Below, piece by piece: positions 33,660 through 33,725 of a DNA stretch of 33,725 nt (positions are counted from its first letter, which is position 1; each line of letters opens with the position of its first letter). A program made the position numbers and the translations under genes. The notes beneath the pieces are model-generated. The model saw only the letters and a program-made list of their open reading frames with translations. It made no database searches and had not been told where the DNA came from. Source of the DNA: an uncultured Anaerolineales bacterium (GTDB lineage: Bacteria > Chloroflexota > Anaerolineae > Anaerolineales > UBA6663); the NCBI GenBank assembly GCA_964449185.1, contig CAYUYN010000001.1, forward strand, positions 13,212 through 46,936, written 5' to 3'.

Positions 33660-33725
33660 GGTCGTGAGCCCTAGGCAGGGCGCTCGGTCAGATTCCAGCG
33701 CGGCGTTAGGCCCCGGTTGACGCAT

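Noticed and set aside
1-33725. Scan for CRISPR arrays, long tandem repeats, rRNA or tRNA genes, and toxin-antitoxin or defence-type small gene pairs
   Set aside because: No regularly spaced direct repeats or structured-RNA hallmarks were seen by eye. All small ORFs lie inside or antisense to larger, well-supported genes or in decayed regions.

Overview
GC-rich bacterial chromosomal window with GGAGG-type ribosome sites, many GTG/TTG starts and ATGA/GTGA stop-start overlaps. The taxon cannot be determined from the sequence alone. I saw no rRNA, tRNA or CRISPR array. (1) 1-1556 is a mobile-element scar. It holds an IS1-like transposase pseudogene broken by two inverted copies of a ~35-bp palindromic element, a tyrosine-recombinase C-terminal fragment with an in-frame stop, and a truncated D-2-hydroxyacid dehydrogenase. 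(2) 1561-27949 is a ~26-kb bidirectional catabolic supercluster. It pivots on a GntR/FadR-type regulator and an AT-rich ~240-bp region with back-to-back near-consensus promoters. Leftward lies a 15-gene co-directional array: URO-D-type methyltransferase, corrinoid protein, LLM monooxygenase, a 5-gene family-5 (Opp/Dpp-type) ABC importer, PhyH dioxygenase, HpcH aldolase, PIG-L deacetylase, Gfo/Idh/MocA dehydrogenase, amidohydrolase-2, ketopantoate-reductase-like protein and flavin reductase. Rightward lie P450, HpcH aldolase, aldehyde dehydrogenase, HpcH aldolase, IolD, an IolE/MocC-like TIM barrel, a pterin-binding methyltransferase and a RACo-type reductive activase. (3) 27946-28619 holds two internally deleted gene remnants. 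(4) 28629-33725 is a convergent operon: Gfo/Idh/MocA, TIM barrel, amidohydrolase-2, SDR, TIM barrel. The most interesting signal is a complete four-component corrinoid methyl-transfer system split between the two divergent operons. It sits among O2-dependent oxygenases and an incomplete inositol-type pathway (IolD present; IolB/IolC/IolJ absent; three HpcH aldolases plus an ALDH instead). I read this as a candidate, undescribed catabolic system for a methylated (amino)cyclitol or sugar. That is a hypothesis from gene content only. All product calls rest on motif and family recognition by eye, not on database searches.
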